64,000 nt of DNA from Trueperaceae bacterium (GCA_965213925.1 OZ243927.1:2496001-2560000); one strand, 5' to 3'. Numbered from the stretch's first letter, positions 17,608 through 29,207 are shown. Notes: generated by a model not told the origin, from the sequence alone. Numbers and translations: made by a program.

Positions 17608-20023
17608 AAGTAAAAGTCAACGGAAATGAACTCGAGTTAGAACCCGGCACGTCCGCCATCGACGCCGTCTTCGCCGCTGGCTATGACGTCCCTTACTTCT
17701 GCTCGCAGGAGTACATGTCGCCCATCGGCGCGTGCCGGATGTGTCTCGGTAAAGTCGGTGCGCCGCGCAAGGACCGCGAGACGGGCGAGTGGATCAAAGA
17801 CGAGGAGACGGGCGAGCCGAAAGTGTTCTTCTTCCCCAACCTGATGGCGACCTGCACGACTGCCATCATGGAGGGGATGGTCATCGACACGCAGTCTAAA
17901 GAGGTCAAGCAGGCGCAGTCAGGGATGATGGAGTTCACGCTCATCAATCACCCGCTCGACTGCCCCGTCTGCGACAAGGGCGGCGCGTGCGAGCTGCAAG
18001 ACCGCGCGTATGAATACGGCTCTGGCACGACGCGCTTCGACTTCGACAAGCGCCACCAGGAGAAGCATCACGCGCTTTCAGAACTCATCACCCTAGACCG
18101 TGAGCGGTGCATCCACTGTAAGCGGTGCGTGCGCTACTTCGAAGAGGTGCCGAGCGACGAGGTCTTGGACTTCATCGACCGGGGTGGGCACACCTACATC
18201 GGCAACGTCGAGGACGGGCTGCCCTCGAACTTCACGGGGAACATCACGGATATGTGTCCGGTAGGAGCATTGCTGGATACGACCTCTCGCTTTCGTGGGC
18301 GCAACTGGGAGTACGACCACACGCGCTCGACTTCGGTGGATGATTCTTCGGGTAGCGCGGTGATGATCGACGCTCGCACGGGGCGGATTGAACGCATCAA
18401 GGCGGCGCGGAATACGCAGGTGAATCTCGATTGGATAGACGACGGCACGCGCTTCGGACATGAGTATGCAAATGCGGAGGACAGGCTTAAAACGCCGATG
18501 GTTCGTCAGAATGGCACGCTCGAGCCCGCCACCTGGGAAGAAGCGGCTGAGTTTATCAAGGGGAAGCTCGAGTCCTTAGGTGACAGTATCGGCATCGTTT
18601 TGAGAGCGGACGCGACGCTCGAGGAAGCCGTCGCGGCCAAAGCCCTCGCCGAACAGCTCGGCACGGGGCACCTCGACCACTTCCCACGCCCTGCCGCCTC
18701 GGTGATTCCAACTGCTGAAGCTGCAACCTTTACCGATGTCGCCACGAGCGATGGCATCTTCGTCATTGGCGATGTGACTGAAGAGGTCCCCATTCTCGAC
18801 CTCCGCATTAAGGACGCGCTCAAAGGCGTGCCGCCCGCCGACCTCATGCCGCACGGCGTTCCTATCGCCGACCTGCGCCTCAAGGAGCGGATGCCGCGCA
18901 AGCATGGGATTTTGAGCGTCGCTGCGCCCTACCGCGCGGATTTGATGCAGCACGCGGGGCGGGGGCTCGAGTACGCAGCAGGTCAAGAGGTCAAACTCCT
19001 TTCCTCTTTGTTGGACGTAGCGAACGGGGGAGAGGTCAAAGATTCTAAAGAGCTTGGTTTAGAGGCAGAACACCTCTCCAAGTTGGTCGAAGACCTTAAA
19101 GAAGCCGAGAACGCTGTCATTGTTTACGGCGCGTTCGTCCTCGCCTCGCCCGAAGCGGTTGAACTGGCAAATAAACTTGCTGAAGCGGTAGGTGCGAAGG
19201 TGATGCCGCTGGGACCGATGGCGAACTCGTATGGTTTGGAAGCGTTTGAAGTTCTGCCACAGGGTAAGAGCTACCACGAGATGATAAGTGGAGAGGTCAA
19301 AGGTCTCTTCCTCTCGGGTCTGAATCCTGCTCAAGATAAGAATATGGTTGACGCGCTCAAGAAGCTCGAGCTTCTCGTCGTCCACGATTCCTTCCCGACG
19401 GAGACGACTAACATTGCCGATATCGTCCTCCCTGCGAAGACGGGTTACGAGAAAGAGGGGGCGGTGGTGAACCTCGAGGGGCGCTACCTTCCCGTCCACC
19501 CTGCACCTGTTGACGGCGGACAGTCGGAAGATTTCACCGGACTCGTCAAAGCACTAGGCGAAGCCATCGGTACACGCATGGACGGGCGCAGCTTACGAAG
19601 TGCTCGCCGGATGCTCAGGAAGCAGCGCGACCTCGACTTAGATGAGTTGCCTGTCGAAGGTCAAATCATTCGCAGTGAACCCAAAGCGAAAGCTGGGAAA
19701 GCTGCAAGTACAGACGGCAACCTCTTGCTTGTTCCAAGCATGGTTAAGGCGGAGCGTTTGAGCCGCAACCCGCACATGGTGGCGGCGTATGGGGAAGCAC
19801 CTTTGCGTATCAGTTCAAAAGATGCGAAGAAAGAGGGGCTGGAAGACGGCGAACTCATCACCTTAACCGTAGGTGGCTTCACCCGCCGCGCACAGGTTAA
19901 AGTGTCAGACGCTATGCCCCGAGGACTCATGACCCTACCCGTATTGCCCGAACAACCCACCCAACTCGTCCAGTTCGACCTCTCAAACGTCCAGCGCGAA
20001 CGCCAAGCGGAGGCTGCCGACTG

Positions 20024-20024
<1 letters not shown>
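17604..20024 (+). CDS. nuoG: NADH-quinone oxidoreductase subunit G
   Basis: N1b (FC..GACRMC..C), N5 (HPLDCPVC..C) and N4 (CIHC.RC..CPVG) motifs; GTG start overlaps the nuoF stop. Confidence 0.96.
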
Positions 20025-21034
<1,010 letters not shown>

Positions 21035-21077
21035 AGGTGTGAGCTGTTGAGTATCAGGGCTCGAGAGAGGATGAGGT

Positions 21078-21563
21078 ATGAGCAAGGCTGAAGTGGTTTC
21101 AATCTTCACCGCACCCGAGGCGGAAGCGCCGATGGAAGAGGTGAAGTCTGTCGAAGCGGTAGAGGGGCAAGGCTTAAAGGGAGACCGCTACTTCAAAGGT
21201 GAGGGGACGTTTTCCGAAACCGTCGAGTCTCCCTCGGATGAGATTACGCTGATTGAGTCCGAAATGGTAGAAGCCTTTAACGAACGTGGGGAAACAACTT
21301 TGGACCCTTCCGCCTTCCGCCGCAACCTCTTGACCAAAGGTGTCAGCTTAAACGCCTTAGTCGGCAAGACCTTCAAAGTCGGCGACGTGACCTTAAAAGG
21401 CACGCGCCTCTGCGAACCCTGCAACCACCTCGCGACGATTGTCCATAAAGATGTATTGCAAATGGTTCATCAGGCGGGGCTGAGGGCGGGGATTGTCTCG
21501 AGTGGAACCATCAACGTCGGTGACGAAATTCAAGTTTTAGTAGAAGCAGACAGCGTCGGATAA
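21078..21563 (+). CDS. MOSC domain protein inserted in nuo operon
   Basis: GLKGDRY, FRRNL, LCEPC and GLRAGIVSSGTINVGD motifs. Confidence 0.88.
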   Translation: MSKAEVVSIFTAPEAEAPMEEVKSVEAVEGQGLKGDRYFKGEGTFSETVESPSDEITLIESEMVEAFNERGETTLDPSAFRRNLLTKGVSLNALVGKTFKVGDVTLKGTRLCEPCNHLATIVHKDVLQMVHQAGLRAGIVSSGTINVGDEIQVLVEADSVG

Positions 21564-21573
21564 GTAATGAACC

Positions 21574-21699
21574 ATGTCATTTTGAATGAAGCGAAGCCCT
21601 ACGACGAACGTAGGATAGACTCCATGAAGAATCTCTGCATTTGCTTTCTCCTGGTCGAGATTACGAGGCGAGACCCTTCACATTCATTCAGGGTGACAT
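21574..21699 (+). repeat. TGTCATT/GAAGAATCTC-type palindromic REP-like element, copy 2
   Basis: Terminal IR ATGTCATTTTGAATGAA / TTCATTCAGGGTGACAT; internal hairpin CCTACG..CGTAGG. Confidence 0.7.
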
Positions 21700-21784
21700 T
21701 CAAAGTGTAGAAGAGATTTTGAGCGTAGTTTATCTTGCTAAAAGGACTTATCGGTAGAAAAAATCTACCCGGAAGGAAGATACA

Positions 21785-22309
21785 GTGAGCGTTATAGATA
21801 TTGCAAAGGGGATGGGCGTCACGCTCGGGCATCTTTTCAAAAAGCCCGTAACCGTGCGCTACCCCGAACAACCCGCCACCATTCAGCCGCGCTTTCGCGG
21901 GCGGCATCACCTCTTGCGGCATCCGAATGGGCTCGAGAAGTGCATCGGCTGTTCGCTGTGCGCGGCGGCGTGTCCCGCCTACGCCATCTACGTCGAGGCG
22001 GCGGAGAACGACCCCGACAACCCCACCTCGCCGGGCGAGCGCTACGCGAGCATTTACGAGATCAATATGCTCCGCTGCATCTTCTGCGGCATGTGCGAAG
22101 AGGCGTGTCCGACGGGCGCGGTTGTATTGGGTCACGAATTCGAGTTGGCAGACTTCAAATACGACGACTTTACCTATGGTAAAGAGGACATGCTCGTCGG
22201 CGTCAAAGGCTCGAAGTGGCAGCGGCGCGAGGCGGAGAAGAAAGGTGAAGAGGTTAGGCTCGGATTCGAGGCGGGGTCACGTCCTGAGTTGGAGGGAGTG
22301 GAGTACTGA
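21785..22309 (+). CDS. nuoI: NADH-quinone oxidoreductase subunit I
   Basis: Two CxxCxxCxxxCP motifs. Confidence 0.97.
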   Translation: MSVIDIAKGMGVTLGHLFKKPVTVRYPEQPATIQPRFRGRHHLLRHPNGLEKCIGCSLCAAACPAYAIYVEAAENDPDNPTSPGERYASIYEINMLRCIFCGMCEEACPTGAVVLGHEFELADFKYDDFTYGKEDMLVGVKGSKWQRREAEKKGEEVRLGFEAGSRPELEGVEY

Positions 22310-22440
22310 TGAGAAGAGAAAAGAGAAAAGGAAAAATAAGGTCAAAGAGAAAAGGACTGTTATGCAAGTTTTCGCGTAGCGAAGGGACTGAGGTTGAAAT
22401 CTTTTCTCCCAGTCCTCAGTCCTCAGTCCTTTTACCTCTC
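22310..22440. repeat. Purine/pyrimidine heptamer-repeat hairpin region (AAAGAGA, GGACTGA / CAGTCCT)
   Basis: AAGAGAAAAGAGAAAAG..GGACTG..TTCGCGTAGCGAA..(CAGTCCT)3; a related copy lies at ~32052-32147 in reverse orientation. Confidence 0.75.
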
Positions 22441-22451
22441 TTGGAGTCTTT

Positions 22452-23006
22452 GTGATTACCTTTTACCTCTTGGCTGCCGTCATGACCATCGGCGCACTTG
22501 GCGTCATCGCCCTGCGGCAACCTGTCCACGCGGCGCTTTCGCTCGTCGGGACGCTGCTAACCTTAGCTGTAACTTACGTGACGCTCCAAGCGCACTTTTT
22601 GGCGGCGATTCAGGTCATCGTTTATGCGGGCGCGATTATGGTGCTCTTTTTGTTTGTAATCATGCTCCTCAACGTACAGGGCGAAGACCGAGCGACTGAC
22701 CTCAAGTGGATGAAGCCAGCCGCGTACCTCGTAGGCTTAGCGGCGGCGGGCGCACTCGTCGTCAGTATCTTTGCAAACCCCTTACCCCTTCCGAGTGCGG
22801 AGCAAGTAAGCGCGGTTCTCAATGGCGGCGGCGCAGCCGAAGTTGGCGACGCGCTCTTCAGCCAGTTCGTTTTAGCCTTTCAACTCGTCGGCGTGCTGCT
22901 GCTAACCGGCATTATCGGCGCAGTAAGCCTAGTCGAGCGTAAGGCGCGGCAGGTTGAAGATGCGCAGGTGGAGCGGGAAGAGCAGAGGGAGTTGACGAAT
23001 GCGTAA
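22452..23006 (+). CDS. nuoJ: NADH-quinone oxidoreductase subunit J
   Basis: QVIVYAGAIMVLFLFVIMLL motif. Confidence 0.95.
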   Translation: MITFYLLAAVMTIGALGVIALRQPVHAALSLVGTLLTLAVTYVTLQAHFLAAIQVIVYAGAIMVLFLFVIMLLNVQGEDRATDLKWMKPAAYLVGLAAAGALVVSIFANPLPLPSAEQVSAVLNGGGAAEVGDALFSQFVLAFQLVGVLLLTGIIGAVSLVERKARQVEDAQVEREEQRELTNA

Positions 23007-23012
23007 AGGTAA

Positions 23013-23085
23013 GAGAATTCAGAATTCAAAATTCAGAACCCAGAAGAAAGGCTTTTTTATTCTGAATTCTGAATTCTGTGTTCTG
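23013..23085. repeat. Heptamer tandem-repeat hairpin (AGAATTC)n / (GAATTCT)n
   Basis: AGAATTCAGAATTCAAAATTCAGAA ... TTCTGAATTCTGAATTCT in the nuoJ-nuoK spacer. Confidence 0.8.
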
Positions 23086-23110
23086 GCTACTTCCTCCGAA
23101 GGAGGAACCT

Positions 23111-23431
23111 ATGGTTCCAACTGAGTACTACGTGGCGCTCAGCGCCGTTATTTTTTCGATTGGCGCGGTGGGCGTGTTGACGCGCCGCAGCGCGATTATG
23201 ATCTTTTTGTCCGTTGAACTCATGCTCAACGCGGCGAACTTGGCGCTAGTAGCGTTTGCAAGAGGTTGGGCGGGCGCGGGTGCTGAGATTGCGATGTCAG
23301 GACAGGCGGCGGTCTTTATCATCTTGGCGATTGCGGCGGCAGAGGTTGCGGTGGGTCTCGGCATCCTCGTCGCCATCTTCCGCTACCGCCGCTCGTCGGA
23401 CGTAGACACGCTCCATGAGGTGCGACTATGA
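23111..23431 (+). CDS. nuoK: NADH-quinone oxidoreductase subunit K
   Basis: SVELMLNAAN and AAAEVAVGL motifs; GGAGG RBS before ATG 23111. Confidence 0.96.
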   Translation: MVPTEYYVALSAVIFSIGAVGVLTRRSAIMIFLSVELMLNAANLALVAFARGWAGAGAEIAMSGQAAVFIILAIAAAEVAVGLGILVAIFRYRRSSDVDTLHEVRL

Positions 23432-25413
23432 CGCCAGAAGCCCTTGCGAACGCGGAGGTTCTTACTCTCGACGTTATCTCACTCGCCGCCGCCGCGCCGC
23501 TCTTTCCGCTGATAGGCGCGATTATCTGCGGCTTTTTCGGGCGGAGCTTGAACGAGCCGAAGCCGGGAATCTTCGCTTCGATTATGGTGGGCATCAGCTT
23601 TATCCTCTCGGTTATCGCTTTCGTCGGACTTTTAGGGCGAGAAGACCCGAGCGTATCGGTGGTACTTTGGGACTACCTCTCGGCAGGGAGCTTCGATCTC
23701 AACGTCGGCTTTGTGATCGACTCGCTCAGCGTCACGCTGATGATGATTATTACGGGCGTCGGCTTCCTGATTCATGTTTATTCCGCTGGCTATATGCACG
23801 GCGACGATGGGTACAGCCGCTACTTTGCGGGGCTCAACCTCTTCGTCGCGGCGATGCTGGTGCTCGTGATGGCGGACTCGTTCTTGCTGATGTTCGTCGG
23901 TTGGGAAGGGGTCGGGGTCTGCTCGTACCTCTTGATCGGCTTTTGGTACGGAGACCGGCTCAACGCGGACGCGGCAAGAAAGGCGTTCATCGTCAACCGC
24001 ATCGGGGACGTGGGCTTTTTGCTGGCGATGTTCTTGACGGTTGCGCTTTTCGGCACACTGAATATCGCAGCGGTCAACGAGGCAGTGTCTAGCGTTGGAG
24101 GCGGGCTCCTCGCGGGTTCTGCCCTTGTCACGGTGCTCGGCGTTCTCTACCTCATTGCGGCGTGCGGCAAGTCGGCGCAGCTTCCCTTGCAGGTGTGGCT
24201 CCCCGATGCGATGGCGGGACCGACGCCCGTCTCGGCGCTCATCCACGCAGCGACGATGGTCACAGCGGGGGTGTACCTCATTGCGAGGGCTGCACCTCTT
24301 TTTGCGGCTGCACCTGTTGCGTCGGCAGCGGTGGCGTGGGTCGGGGCGATTACCGCGTTCGTGGCGGCGTTTGCGGCGCTTTCGCAGACGGACATCAAAA
24401 AGATTCTCGCCTACTCCACCGTGTCGCAGCTCGGCTATATGTTTGTTGCGGTGGGTGTCGGTGCGTACTGGGTCGGCATCTTCCACGTGGTCACGCACGC
24501 CTTCTTTAAGGCGCTGCTCTTCCTTGGGGCGGGCTCAGTAATTCACTCGCTCGGCGGCGAGCAAGATATAAGCAAGATGGGCGGCTTGGGCAAGCACATG
24601 AAGGTGACGGGGACAACCTCTTTGGTTGCGACGCTAGCGATTGCGGGCGTGCCGCTTCTGGCGGGATTCTTCAGTAAAGACGCGATTCTCGCCCATACCT
24701 ACAACACGCAGCTTTTAGAGGGCTATGGCAGCCTCATCCTCTACAGCATCTTGCTCACCACAGCGGGGATGACCGCGTTCTACATGTTCCGCTGGTACTA
24801 CCGCGTGTTTGCGGGCGAGGAGCGGTTGACGGATGAAGCAAGGGAACACCTGCACGAGTCGCCCAGGGTGATGACCGCACCTCTTATTATCCTAGCTATT
24901 TTCAGCATCGGCATCGGCTATATCGGCTTGCCGGAGTTCGCATTTCCCAACATCATCGCGCCGTGGCTCGAGCACAGCACCGGACACCCCGTCTCCTTCA
25001 ACCATCCGCCTGTCATGATTGAGTGGATTCTTATTGGGTTGTCGGTGGCAGCGGCGACGGCTGGCTTGCTGGTCGGCTACTTCATGTACGCCGTTGGTAA
25101 TGGCGTGTCAGAGGAGCGCTCGAGCACAGGTACGATAGGCGCACTCCACCGCTTCTCACAGAACGGCGCAGGCTTCGACGCGCTTTATCAAGCGGTCTTT
25201 GTTCGCTCGGGTGAAGGGGCAGCGAGAGGTCTTTCTATCGGCGATCAAGAGGTCGTGGATAAAGGGCTTAATGGCACGTATATCGGGGTGGGAATTCTGG
25301 CAAGGGCCGTCGGTCTCTTACAGTCGGGCTACGTCCGCGCCTACGCGCTCCTCATGCTCTTAGGGCTGGCGGCGCTCATCTTACTCGTCGCCTTTGGTGG
25401 AGTGGTCCTATGA
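23428..25413 (+). CDS. nuoL: NADH-quinone oxidoreductase subunit L
   Basis: GWEGVG, KSAQLPL.VWLPDAMAGPTPVSALIHAATMV and THAFFKALLF motifs. Confidence 0.97.
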   Translation: MTPEALANAEVLTLDVISLAAAAPLFPLIGAIICGFFGRSLNEPKPGIFASIMVGISFILSVIAFVGLLGREDPSVSVVLWDYLSAGSFDLNVGFVIDSLSVTLMMIITGVGFLIHVYSAGYMHGDDGYSRYFAGLNLFVAAMLVLVMADSFLLMFVGWEGVGVCSYLLIGFWYGDRLNADAARKAFIVNRIGDVGFLLAMFLTVALFGTLNIAAVNEAVSSVGGGLLAGSALVTVLGVLYLIAACGKSAQLPLQVWLPDAMAGPTPVSALIHAATMVTAGVYLIARAAPLFAAAPVASAAVAWVGAITAFVAAFAALSQTDIKKILAYSTVSQLGYMFVAVGVGAYWVGIFHVVTHAFFKALLFLGAGSVIHSLGGEQDISKMGGLGKHMKVTGTTSLVATLAIAGVPLLAGFFSKDAILAHTYNTQLLEGYGSLILYSILLTTAGMTAFYMFRWYYRVFAGEERLTDEAREHLHESPRVMTAPLIILAIFSIGIGYIGLPEFAFPNIIAPWLEHSTGHPVSFNHPPVMIEWILIGLSVAAATAGLLVGYFMYAVGNGVSEERSSTGTIGALHRFSQNGAGFDALYQAVFVRSGEGAARGLSIGDQEVVDKGLNGTYIGVGILARAVGLLQSGYVRAYALLMLLGLAALILLVAFGGVVL

Positions 25414-26900
25414 TTCTGACCTTACTCGTCCTCTTTTTACCTCTTCTCACTGGACTTCTCGCCCTAGTCATCTCAGGACGTGGACGGCAGATTACCGTTC
25501 TAGTCGGTGGCTTAGCAACCTTTGCAGTGGCGATGCTCCTACCTAGCGCGTCCGGCATAGAGGTTCCCTGGTTCGAGAGTTTAGGCATCTACTTCTCCGT
25601 GAGTCCGGCAGGTGCAGGCAGTGTTCTTGTCCTCGTTGCCTCGCTCGTGATGATTCCGACGGCGTTCTACGCAGCCGCGAAAGTCGAAGAGCGTACGGGC
25701 GCGTTCGTCGCCTTACTCTTAGCGATGCAGACCGGGCTCAACGGGATTTTCATGGCGCAGGACTTAGTCCTCTACTATATCTTTTGGGAAGCGACGCTCA
25801 TTCCAAGTGTGCTGATGCTGGGGGGGTGGGGGCTTGAGCGTCGTCAACAAGCTGCCCTTAAATACCTGACCTACGCCGTCGCAGGTTCGTTCCTCATGCT
25901 CGTCGCTATCCTTGCCTTACGCCCCATCTCAGGCGCGGCGAGCTTCCGCATGGTGGACCTCTTAGCGGTGACGCCGGATTTGCCCTTTCTTACCCAGCTT
26001 TGGCTCTTTATCGGCTTCGCGTTGGCGTTCGCCGTGAAGCATCCGCTGTGGCCCCTCCACGCTTGGCTCCCGCACTTCCACGAGCAGAACCACCCCTCGG
26101 GTGCGGCGGACGTGGCGGGGACGCTCTACAAGGTCGGCGGTTGGGGCTTTTTCGCCTTTGCGATACCGCTTTTTCCCGACGCGGCGGCGGCGGCTTCGCC
26201 GATTCTGGTGGCAGTAGCTGCCTTTACCGCACTTTACGCAGCGATGATCGCTACCGCTCAAACGAACCTTAAGCGGCTCCTCGCTTACGCTTCACTTTCG
26301 CACATGGGTATTGTCGGAGTCGGGATTTTCGGTCTGAATATTGCAGGGCTGAGCGGCGCAATCTACCTGCTCGCGGCGCAAATGGTCTCGACGGGCGGAC
26401 TCTTCCTCCTCAGCGGGATGCTTTACGAGCGGCGCGGCTCGTTTGAACTTGACGACTACGGCGGACTTGCCAAAGGTGCGCCCGCGCTAGCGGCGGTTAC
26501 GCTTTTCGTCATGTTTGCGAGTATCGGCGTGCCGGGTTTAGGCAACTTCCCCGGTGAATTCATGGCGCTCATGGGCGCGTTTCAAACCGCGCCTTATATC
26601 GCTGGCTTCGCGACGCTCGCGGTCATTGCGGCGGGCGTGTACGGGGTGAACATGTATCAGCGGCTCTATCAGGGTGAAGAGAGGAGTGAGGTGCGGGATA
26701 TGGGGCAGCTCGAGCTTCTCATCCTCGCCCCTCTCCTAGCAGGCATCGTCTGGCTCGGTCTGACGCCGCAGCCGCAATTGACGCGCATCGAGCGGCAGAC
26801 GCAGGTGCTGTTGACGCAGTTGGAAACGCAGCAGCGGGTCAACGCGGAAGAGACGAGGCTCGAGCTTGTCGCAAGTCAAGAGCAAAGAGGTCAAGACTAA
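25410..26900 (+). CDS. nuoM: NADH-quinone oxidoreductase subunit M
   Basis: YYIFWE, PLHAWLP, KRLLAYASLSHMG and GNFPGE motifs. Confidence 0.95.
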   Translation: MILTLLVLFLPLLTGLLALVISGRGRQITVLVGGLATFAVAMLLPSASGIEVPWFESLGIYFSVSPAGAGSVLVLVASLVMIPTAFYAAAKVEERTGAFVALLLAMQTGLNGIFMAQDLVLYYIFWEATLIPSVLMLGGWGLERRQQAALKYLTYAVAGSFLMLVAILALRPISGAASFRMVDLLAVTPDLPFLTQLWLFIGFALAFAVKHPLWPLHAWLPHFHEQNHPSGAADVAGTLYKVGGWGFFAFAIPLFPDAAAAASPILVAVAAFTALYAAMIATAQTNLKRLLAYASLSHMGIVGVGIFGLNIAGLSGAIYLLAAQMVSTGGLFLLSGMLYERRGSFELDDYGGLAKGAPALAAVTLFVMFASIGVPGLGNFPGEFMALMGAFQTAPYIAGFATLAVIAAGVYGVNMYQRLYQGEERSEVRDMGQLELLILAPLLAGIVWLGLTPQPQLTRIERQTQVLLTQLETQQRVNAEETRLELVASQEQRGQD

Positions 26901-28351
26901 TGCTAGACATCAACTGGCTCAACTTCACGCCGCCCTTAGTGCTCCTCGTCACCGCTTCTACCGGCGTGCTCTTCGCCCTCACGCAGAGGAGCAGTAAGCC
27001 AACCGCCCTTTTGAGCCTCGTCGGTTTAGCAGTCGCGGCAGGCTTCAACGCCCAACTTTTCGTCCAGAGTAACGCGGAGCAACTCGGCTCGTTCGGCTTT
27101 CGCTATTTAGCAGACCGCCCGGCATTGGCGCTCAACTTCGTCATCATCCTCGGCACGGCGCTCGCTATTCTGATTTCCTACGATTACCTCAAGCGCACCG
27201 AACTGGGGCACCCTGAATACTATCCGCTGATTTTGCTCAGCGCCACGGGCGCGATGATCATGGTGGCGGCGGGTGACTTGATTGTCCTGGTCCTCGGTTT
27301 AGAGATCATGTCTCTAGCCGTCTACGTTCTCTCGGCCTGGCGGCAAAATGCGCGTGAATCCGAAGAGGCGGGGATGAAATACTTCCTCTTGGGCGCGTTC
27401 GCGTCGGCGTTCCTCATCTACGGCATCGCGCTGATGTACGGTGCAACGGGACAGTTTACCTACTTCGGCATTGCAGAAGCGCTGACAGCAGAAGGCTTTA
27501 GTCAAGGACTTCTCGCCACGCTCGGCGGCGTGTTCATCTTAGGCGGTTTAGGCTTCAAAGCGGCGCTTGCGCCCTTTCACCAGTGGTCGCCCGACGCCTA
27601 CACGGGTGCGCCCACCTCGGTCACTGCGTTCATGAGCATCGTCGTGAAAGCGGCGGCGTTCGCAGGCTTAGTGCGCGTCTTTACACTTATCTATCCAGAT
27701 TTGAGCGCGGTCGTCACGCAGAGCTTTGTCGTGCTCGTGGCGCTCACGCTCGTGGTGGGAAATTTGGCGGCGCTCTTGCAGCGCAGTGTGAAGCGGCTTT
27801 TGGCGTATTCGGCTGTTGCCCACGCAGGTTACTTAGGACTCGGCGTTTTAGCCGCGAATGAGGTCGGCACGCAGGCTTTGATCTGGTACTTAACGGCTTA
27901 CACCTTGATGAACGCGGGCGCGTTTGCTGTCCTGACCATGATCAGCGATAAGAACGACCACGGCGACGACTTGGAGCGCTTTGCCGGTTTAGGACAGAAA
28001 CGCCCTTGGCTCGCCGCGATGATGACGCTCTTCTTGCTCAGCTTGGCGGGGATTCCGCCCTTTGCGGGCTTTATGGGTAAAATTTTGGTCTTTCAAGCGG
28101 CGATCCAAGCGGAATACATCTCACTGGCGGTCATCGGCATTTTGACGAGCATCGTCGCCGTCGTCTACTACTTCCGCGTGATTGCCTACATGTACTTCCG
28201 CGAAGTGGAGTACGAACCGCTCAATATCCAGAGCCGTGCGACGAACATTGCCATCGGCGTGGCGGCGTTTGGTACGGTGGCTTTGGGACTTCTACCGGGT
28301 TGGTGGTATGGACTCCTTAGTGCAGGGCGGCAGCTTATCGCAGGGCTCTAA
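26900..28351 (+). CDS. nuoN: NADH-quinone oxidoreductase subunit N
   Basis: EAGMKYFLLG, FK...PFHQWSPDAYTGAP and SLAGIPPFAGF motifs. Confidence 0.96.
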   Translation: MLDINWLNFTPPLVLLVTASTGVLFALTQRSSKPTALLSLVGLAVAAGFNAQLFVQSNAEQLGSFGFRYLADRPALALNFVIILGTALAILISYDYLKRTELGHPEYYPLILLSATGAMIMVAAGDLIVLVLGLEIMSLAVYVLSAWRQNARESEEAGMKYFLLGAFASAFLIYGIALMYGATGQFTYFGIAEALTAEGFSQGLLATLGGVFILGGLGFKAALAPFHQWSPDAYTGAPTSVTAFMSIVVKAAAFAGLVRVFTLIYPDLSAVVTQSFVVLVALTLVVGNLAALLQRSVKRLLAYSAVAHAGYLGLGVLAANEVGTQALIWYLTAYTLMNAGAFAVLTMISDKNDHGDDLERFAGLGQKRPWLAAMMTLFLLSLAGIPPFAGFMGKILVFQAAIQAEYISLAVIGILTSIVAVVYYFRVIAYMYFREVEYEPLNIQSRATNIAIGVAAFGTVALGLLPGWWYGLLSAGRQLIAGL

Positions 28352-28352
28352 A

Positions 28353-28508
28353 ACCGTTCTCAATTCATTTGACCTCTTCTCGTAAAATAGAAGAGGTCTT
28401 TTTTACTCTCCTGACTGACGTGCGTAGTTGCGCACCCTCATTCCCCTCGAGCCCACCATTCCCAACCGCGCATGAAAGGGCTGAAGCTCCTCGTCGCACA
28501 AGAGGTCA
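28353..28508. repeat. Direct repeat copy 1 (terminator plus intact 3' end of GNAT gene)
   Basis: 28353-28477 matches 28677-28801 with one mismatch seen; 28492-28508 matches 28803-28819. Confidence 0.92.
28371..28404 (+). terminator. Intrinsic terminator of nuo operon (duplicated at ~28695-28728)
   Basis: GACCTCTTCT-cgtaaaat-AGAAGAGGTC-TTTTTT. Confidence 0.85.
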
Positions 28509-28676
28509 GGTCTTACTTCCCACGTTGAGCGCTTCAACAACGCACTCAGGCAACGTCTTGCGCACGAAGCGAGCAAGACGTTGGCATTCTCTAAGTCCGA
28601 GCATATGCATCTTACCTGTCTACACCGCTTCCTCGTCCGTTACAACCTGGAGATCATTCGGGATTGAACCACTACC
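28509..28676 (+). mobile_element. IS1-family remnant: transposase C-terminus plus right end
   Basis: Translates GLTSHVERFNNALRQRLA....KTLAFSKS..MH......FLVRYN*, which is InsB-like; ends TGAACCACTACC (reverse complement GGTAGTGGTTCA, IS1-like terminus). Confidence 0.75.
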
Positions 28677-28819
28677 ACCGTTCTCAATTCATTTGACCTC
28701 TTCTCGTAAAATAGAAGAGGTCTTTTTTACTCTCCTGACTGACGTGCGTAGTTGCGCACCCTCATTCCCCTCGAGCCTACCATTCCCAACCGCGCATGAA
28801 ACCGTCGCACAAGAGGTCA
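28677..28819. repeat. Direct repeat copy 2 (net 13-nt deletion relative to copy 1)
   Basis: Begins immediately after the IS end; lacks the GGGCTGAAGCTCCT segment present in copy 1. Confidence 0.9.
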
Positions 28820-29118
28820 ACTATGTAGAGGTGGCTGAGTTTGTCCAGCATTCGGCGCATGAGGCTCGAGCCGATACCTCTTCCTTGATAGTCGGGGAGT
28901 ACCTCGAGTAGTGGAATGTAGGCGCAGAGGATACCGTCCGAAACTGCTGTAGCGAAACCGACGACGCGGTTGACCTCTTCGTCAAAGGCTAGAACGATGT
29001 GGCTGCTCTCTCGCAGAAGCTCGAGCAACACCTCTTCCGAGGGCGGCTCAGACCAACCCACAAAGAAGCCTGTGAGCTGTTCGGCCGAGATATTTTGGGG
29101 AGACTCGAGGTAAACCAT
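28777..29118 (-). pseudogene. GNAT N-acetyltransferase, 3' frameshifted
   Basis: LEVLPDYQGRGIGSSLM motif A; the frame shifts after DLLCD because of the 13-nt deletion, and the intact tail DEELQPFHARLGM..RNYARQSGE* is in repeat copy 1. Confidence 0.75.
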
Positions 29119-29207
29119 GCCCCAAAGTGTAATCAATTCCACTCACCTCTTTAAGACACGAAAATTCACCCCGTGTAAGCGCTGTGGGTCACTACAATAC
29201 GAGGTAT

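Noticed and set aside
28353..28819. Possible CRISPR or repeat array, and the 180-aa ORF 28369-28911
   Set aside because: There are only two long copies with no repeat-spacer periodicity and no cas genes. The ORF simply translates the duplication and overlaps the terminator and the GNAT antisense strand.
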